Below are positions 16,820 to 20,000 of a DNA stretch of 20,000 bases, one piece after another (position 1 is the stretch's first letter; every line of letters begins with the position of its first letter). A program made the position numbers and the translations under genes. The notes under the pieces were generated by a model, which was not told where the DNA came from, ran no database searches, and saw only the letters and a program-made list of their open reading frames with translations. The DNA is from an uncultured virus (IMG/VR IMGVR_UViG_3300011472_000011) (Duplodnaviria > Heunggongvirae > Uroviricota > Caudoviricetes). Where the stretch lies: positions 56,552 to 76,551 of the IMG/VR virus record IMGVR_UViG_3300011472_000011. One strand, given 5' to 3'.

Positions 16820-17773
16820 ATGGATGCAAAAGAATATTATGAAAAATTGTTAGAGAAACAATTTGAATTTCTTAATGTAAATGAATATCATAAACAAGGA
16901 TATAAAGGTAATGGTGTAACTATTTTGAATTCTGAAAGCTATCCTGGTAAAGATGATCACGGAGCTATGACTACTAAAGTTATAAATGATTATGCTCCTG
17001 AATCTACAGTAATAAATAGTAATATCGGAGGATCTACATCTGGAGATAAAGTAATCGAAACTTATGTTATTATAAACAGTAAGAAGATTGATATTGAGGA
17101 AGCAATAGACAGATATAATATAAAAATTATTACATCTTCTCATTCCAAAGGTAACAATGATGCTCGTAATAAATATATGAAAGAACTCCAAAAAAGAACA
17201 GGTATTATAATGTTTTCTTCCAGTGGAAATTATGCGGATGATGGTATAACTGGCACTTATACAAAAGACGATACCGCCATTGCAGTTGGTGCATTAGAAT
17301 TCAATAAAAATGACGAAGTTGTAAGAACCTATTATAGTTCCATTGGCAAAGAGCTTGATTTTTCCTGTTTTATGGGACGAGGAAGTGGTACTTCTGCTGC
17401 ATGTCCTGCATTAGCAAGCTTAGTAGCTTTGTTATTGAATAAATATGGGGACTTTAATCAACAGGAATGTGTTGAGATATTGAAAAGTCTATGTACTGAT
17501 CTAGGTGATATTGGTAGAGATAACAGCTATGGGTACGGATTACCAATTTTACCATTGACAGATAGACTTGAAAAATTAGATGAATTAAGAAAGGAAAATA
17601 TTATGAAATTTAACGATGTAAATGAGTATGACTGGTTTGCTAGAGCAGTTGATGAATGTGTAGAAAAAGGATTGATTCAAGGATATGAAGATAATACTTT
17701 TAAGCCAAACAATCCCATTACTAGAGCAGAATTAGCGGTTATTCTACAAAGATTATTAAGCAAAACGCAATAA
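16820..17773 (+). CDS. S8 (subtilisin-like) serine peptidase with C-terminal SLH domain
   Basis: HKQGYKGNGVTILNSE aligns with the subtilisin catalytic-acid strand. Also present: DDHG (His47), SSGN (oxyanion Asn137), AVGA, GTSAACP (Ser192) and DLG..GRD..YGYG. The C-terminal FNDV...WF...GLIQGYEDNTFKPNNPITRAE is an SLH motif. No signal peptide. Confidence 0.85.
   Translation: MDAKEYYEKLLEKQFEFLNVNEYHKQGYKGNGVTILNSESYPGKDDHGAMTTKVINDYAPESTVINSNIGGSTSGDKVIETYVIINSKKIDIEEAIDRYNIKIITSSHSKGNNDARNKYMKELQKRTGIIMFSSSGNYADDGITGTYTKDDTAIAVGALEFNKNDEVVRTYYSSIGKELDFSCFMGRGSGTSAACPALASLVALLLNKYGDFNQQECVEILKSLCTDLGDIGRDNSYGYGLPILPLTDRLEKLDELRKENIMKFNDVNEYDWFARAVDECVEKGLIQGYEDNTFKPNNPITRAELAVILQRLLSKTQ
17591..17605 (+). 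promoter_or_regulatory. putative internal RBS and in-frame start codon for a stand-alone SLH domain (56 aa)
   Basis: AAGGA (17591-17595), 7-nt spacer, then ATG 17603 (Met262), exactly at the start of the SLH domain. Confidence 0.5.
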
Positions 17774-17796
17774 TTAGAACTACGGGAGGCTAAAGA

Positions 17797-18219
17797 ATGG
17801 AAAATATAAACACAATAAAAGTTGGAATCTTAGGAAGTATTGGAGTAATTGGTGGCATTGTTGCTAATATATTTGGGGGATGGGATATGCTATTAAAAAT
17901 TCTTGTAACACTTATGGCTTTAGATTATGTGACCGGATTAGTTGTTGCAGGAGTTTTTCATGCAAGTTCAAAATCTATTAATGGTGCTTTAGAATCAAAA
18001 GCAGGCTGGAAAGGTTTATGTAAAAAAGGTGTTACTTTAGTGATTGTCTTAGTTGCTGTTCAAGTTGACAAGCTTACAGGTTCACAACTAATAAGAGATG
18101 GTGTTGTAATTGCTTACGCAGTTAATGAAGCTATTTCTATTTTAGAAAATGCTGATGCAATGGGAGTTTGGGTTCCTGATGTATTAAAAACTGCTATAGG
18201 AGCTATACAGAAAAAATAA
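17797..18219 (+). CDS. phage holin (Phage_holin_4 / TcdE-like family)
   Basis: FGGWD..L..L...M..DY.TG, S..GWKGL.KK and NEAISILENA..MGV.VP are family signatures. About 3 TM segments; it precedes the endolysin. Confidence 0.9.
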   Translation: MENINTIKVGILGSIGVIGGIVANIFGGWDMLLKILVTLMALDYVTGLVVAGVFHASSKSINGALESKAGWKGLCKKGVTLVIVLVAVQVDKLTGSQLIRDGVVIAYAVNEAISILENADAMGVWVPDVLKTAIGAIQKK

Positions 18220-18234
18220 TAAGGAGTGGTTATA

Positions 18235-18816
18235 TTGATTAGACTTAAAAATCTTCCTTTAGACAATATTTATATTACAAGCAATTTTGGAATGAGAGAT
18301 TTAAATAACATGTGGTGGCATAATGGTACTGATTTTAGAGCTTCTACTGGAACTCCAGTATATTCCATTGATAATGGTATTGTTAAAGTTGCTAAAAATA
18401 ATCCTACAGGTTACGGCTTATATGTTGCCATTGATCATGGAGAATATGGCTCATTATATGCTCATTTAAGCAAATATGTTGTAACTGATGGACAATCTAT
18501 TAAAGCAGGAGATTTAATTGGTTATAGTGGAAATACTGGATCATCAACAGCTCCACATTTGCATTTTGAAATAAGGTTAGGTGCTTATGATACCTTTTGG
18601 GATAGATGTAAGGCGGATTCTAATGTATTTATGAGATGTATTGACCCTGTGCCTTTTGTTAAAAAATTGCAATTTGAATTATCCTTGACAATTGAACAAG
18701 CTAAGAAGATAGTTCAAGAAAATATGGGTTATGATAATAACACAATGTCATTCTTATCTAATTTTTATAAATATAGTGATTCATTATTGATAAAGGCTGC
18801 AAGAGCTGTATTATAA
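18235..18816 (+). CDS. endolysin, M23 family peptidoglycan endopeptidase with short helical C-terminal domain
   Basis: HNGTD (HxxxD), YAHL and GNTG.S..PHLHFE (HxH) zinc motifs. The probable start is TTG 18235, since AAGGAG (18221-18226) overlaps the listed GTG. Confidence 0.88.
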   Translation: MIRLKNLPLDNIYITSNFGMRDLNNMWWHNGTDFRASTGTPVYSIDNGIVKVAKNNPTGYGLYVAIDHGEYGSLYAHLSKYVVTDGQSIKAGDLIGYSGNTGSSTAPHLHFEIRLGAYDTFWDRCKADSNVFMRCIDPVPFVKKLQFELSLTIEQAKKIVQENMGYDNNTMSFLSNFYKYSDSLLIKAARAVL

Positions 18817-18843
18817 AGGAGAGTATTTCTACTCTCCTATTTT
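18817..18843. terminator. hairpin between convergent endolysin and recombinase genes (probable bidirectional terminator)
   Basis: AGGAGAGTA-tttc-TACTCTCCT perfect 9-bp stem. The right arm overlaps the last codons and stop of the recombinase. Confidence 0.65.
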
Positions 18844-19788
18844 CATCTTTATAGTTGTTTTCTTCCTTTGTTTATTAAGAAAATTATCTAAAGGATTAAA
18901 AGTATTGTTATGTTCCTTCAGATCAGTTATAAGTAAATTTACATATATTTGTGTTTCTTCCAAGCTTGCGTGACCTAATAGATGTTGTAAATCTACTATA
19001 TTTCCACCATTTTTCACATAATCAGTAGCGAATTTATGGCGAAATCTATGTATACCTTCTACGTCTACACCTTTTCTTTGATTATATCTTGTTATAGCTC
19101 CTCTTATTCCGTCTGTAGTAAATTGATTTCCATATTTATCTGGAAACAAATAATCCTCTGGATTACCTTCTCTATAAAATAGATACTCTTGTAATATTTC
19201 TTTAAGCTTGAGACTCATAGGGATGTACATTTGTTTTTTATTCTTTAATACCTTAAGAATAATTAAATTATTATCAAAATCCAAATCCTCTATCTTTATA
19301 TTGATTAACGTTCTTTTCCTTACACCTGTACTATATATAAAGTTTTCCATAACCCATGTTCTATAATGAGCAAAGCTACAATTTTTCATATTTGGTTTAT
19401 CTAATAATTTTCTTAATTGTTCGGCAGTATAAGTTTCATAGAGCTTTTCTTCATTTTGTACATATGATGCATTAATTTTATCGCACCATCCATGTTCATA
19501 AAAATAGTTAATTATAGACATCAATGTAGAAATTTTTTCATTAATCGTAGATGCAATATTCTTTCTATTATTTAAATATTTCTTGTAATTATCAATTAAA
19601 TCAGAATTTAATTGGTGGCAATAAGTAACATCCGAATTTTGCAAGCTTTGTATAAATTGATCAAATGCTATTTTTTTATTTTTAATTGTATACTCAGACA
19701 ATTGATTAATCTCACATCTGTTTAGATACCTTTGAAAACCATCTTTTAAAGTAACATTTTTCCCTTTTTCATTGAAATTTTTGAACAT
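18829..19788 (-). CDS. tyrosine recombinase / integrase (XerC/D-sized)
   Basis: Complete catalytic set: R157 (TGVR), K182, H247-x-x-R250 (HRFRH), H273 (LLGH), Y282. It has an N-terminal core-binding region and RBS AAGGAG at 19795-19800 (- strand). Confidence 0.92.
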   Translation of the reverse strand: MFKNFNEKGKNVTLKDGFQRYLNRCEINQLSEYTIKNKKIAFDQFIQSLQNSDVTYCHQLNSDLIDNYKKYLNNRKNIASTINEKISTLMSIINYFYEHGWCDKINASYVQNEEKLYETYTAEQLRKLLDKPNMKNCSFAHYRTWVMENFIYSTGVRKRTLINIKIEDLDFDNNLIILKVLKNKKQMYIPMSLKLKEILQEYLFYREGNPEDYLFPDKYGNQFTTDGIRGAITRYNQRKGVDVEGIHRFRHKFATDYVKNGGNIVDLQHLLGHASLEETQIYVNLLITDLKEHNNTFNPLDNFLNKQRKKTTIKMKIGE

Positions 19789-19800
19789 ACTTTACTCCTT

Positions 19801-19839
19801 TTTCAAGTTATTTCAAGTCTGTTCTAAGTCTATCAACGT
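19801..19839. repeat. phased short direct repeats upstream of integrase
   Basis: TTTCAAGT (19801), TTTCAAGT (19811), TTCTAAGT (19822) and TATCAACGT (19831), about 10-bp periodicity. Confidence 0.45.
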
Positions 19840-19889
19840 TTACTTAAAGGTTTAATATTTTTGTTACTTTAGTTTAGTATTTATGTCAC

Positions 19890-19917
19890 TGTACTTCTTG
19901 ATGATATGTAATTCTTG
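19890..19917. repeat. 11-bp imperfect direct repeat
   Basis: TGTACTTCTTG (19890-19900) and TGTAATTCTTG (19907-19917), one mismatch. Confidence 0.4.
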
Positions 19918-19929
19918 TTGAAATTCCAA

Positions 19930-20000
19930 TTATTCTGCTATAACAACCTGATTACTACTGTCCGTCTCCTCCAGCTGTACGCTGATTCTTTCTGTCCTGG
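19930..20000 (-). CDS. possible 3' end of a flanking gene (partial; frame uncertain)
   Basis: The last ~60 nt are visibly richer in G+C. One minus frame reads RTERISVQLEETDSSNQVVIAE* (TAA at 19932-19930), but other frames are also open at the edge. Confidence 0.25.
   Translation of the reverse strand, partial: RTERISVQLEETDSSNQVVIAE

Larger units (their letters stand above)
1..19800. mobile_element. temperate siphovirus / prophage late region (neck, tail, fibres, lysis, integrase)
   Basis: Co-oriented, tightly packed structural and lysis genes in canonical order, no sheath gene, and a terminal tyrosine recombinase. Confidence 0.93.

Noticed and set aside
320..17191. Minus-strand ORFs 320-550, 2701-2973, 5038-5229, 6491-6679, 13342-13548, 13787-13996, 16139-16330 and 16850-17191
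   Set aside because: They lie antisense to well-supported genes and have no recognisable motifs; they are shadow ORFs.
7683..18234. ORF-track start codons at 7683, 10145, 12038 and 18226
   Set aside because: Better RBS-spaced starts exist at 7737, 10178, 12047 and 18235.
9254..19788. Invertible tail-fibre shufflon driven by the tyrosine recombinase using the ATAGAYGGTGG repeats
   Set aside because: All repeats and fibre genes are in direct orientation with no inverted silent cassettes. The similarity is adequately explained by the encoded peptide.
19861..19889. Minus-strand sigma-A promoter for the integrase (GTGACA-17 nt-TAACAA)
   Set aside because: The -10 matches only 3 of 6 and lacks the conserved final T; not distinguishable from chance in AT-rich DNA.
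19864..19891. dif-like site (TTATGTCACT resembles the XerD arm TTATGTAAACT)
   Set aside because: The right arm needs a gap and the left arm does not match a dif consensus or form an inverted repeat.
1..20000. CRISPR array, tRNA/rRNA, contractile sheath, or tailocin interpretation
   Set aside because: No regularly spaced repeats or RNA-gene signatures were seen and there is no sheath-sized gene before the tube gene. Head-joining genes plus an integrase favour a true phage.

Overview
AT-rich late-gene region of a temperate Firmicutes (probably Clostridia-infecting) siphovirus or prophage. The + strand carries, in order: the end of a head-closure gene, a neck protein, tail terminator, major tail protein, a tail assembly chaperone pair joined by a -1 frameshift site (A AAA AAG), a 1637-aa tape measure protein, and tail-tip/baseplate genes. 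There are two separate tail-fibre loci and a lysis region. No tail sheath gene is visible. A convergent tyrosine recombinase on the - strand closes the window, and the likely att region or host junction lies 5' of it. The most notable points are: (1) a signal-peptide-less, minimal subtilisin-family protease with Glu at the catalytic Asp position and a C-terminal SLH domain, placed directly before the holin and M23 endolysin, with an in-frame internal RBS/ATG that could make the SLH domain separately (candidate S-layer-directed third lysis component); (2) three different fibre proteins ending in the same IDGG(I/T)F C-terminal peptide, alongside one receptor-binding protein with an IQFKRG-type N-terminal domain (candidate modular docking code); (3) a fibre/chaperone/membrane-protein cassette sitting inside the tail-tip gene block. 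All product calls come from motif recognition and synteny, not from database searches.
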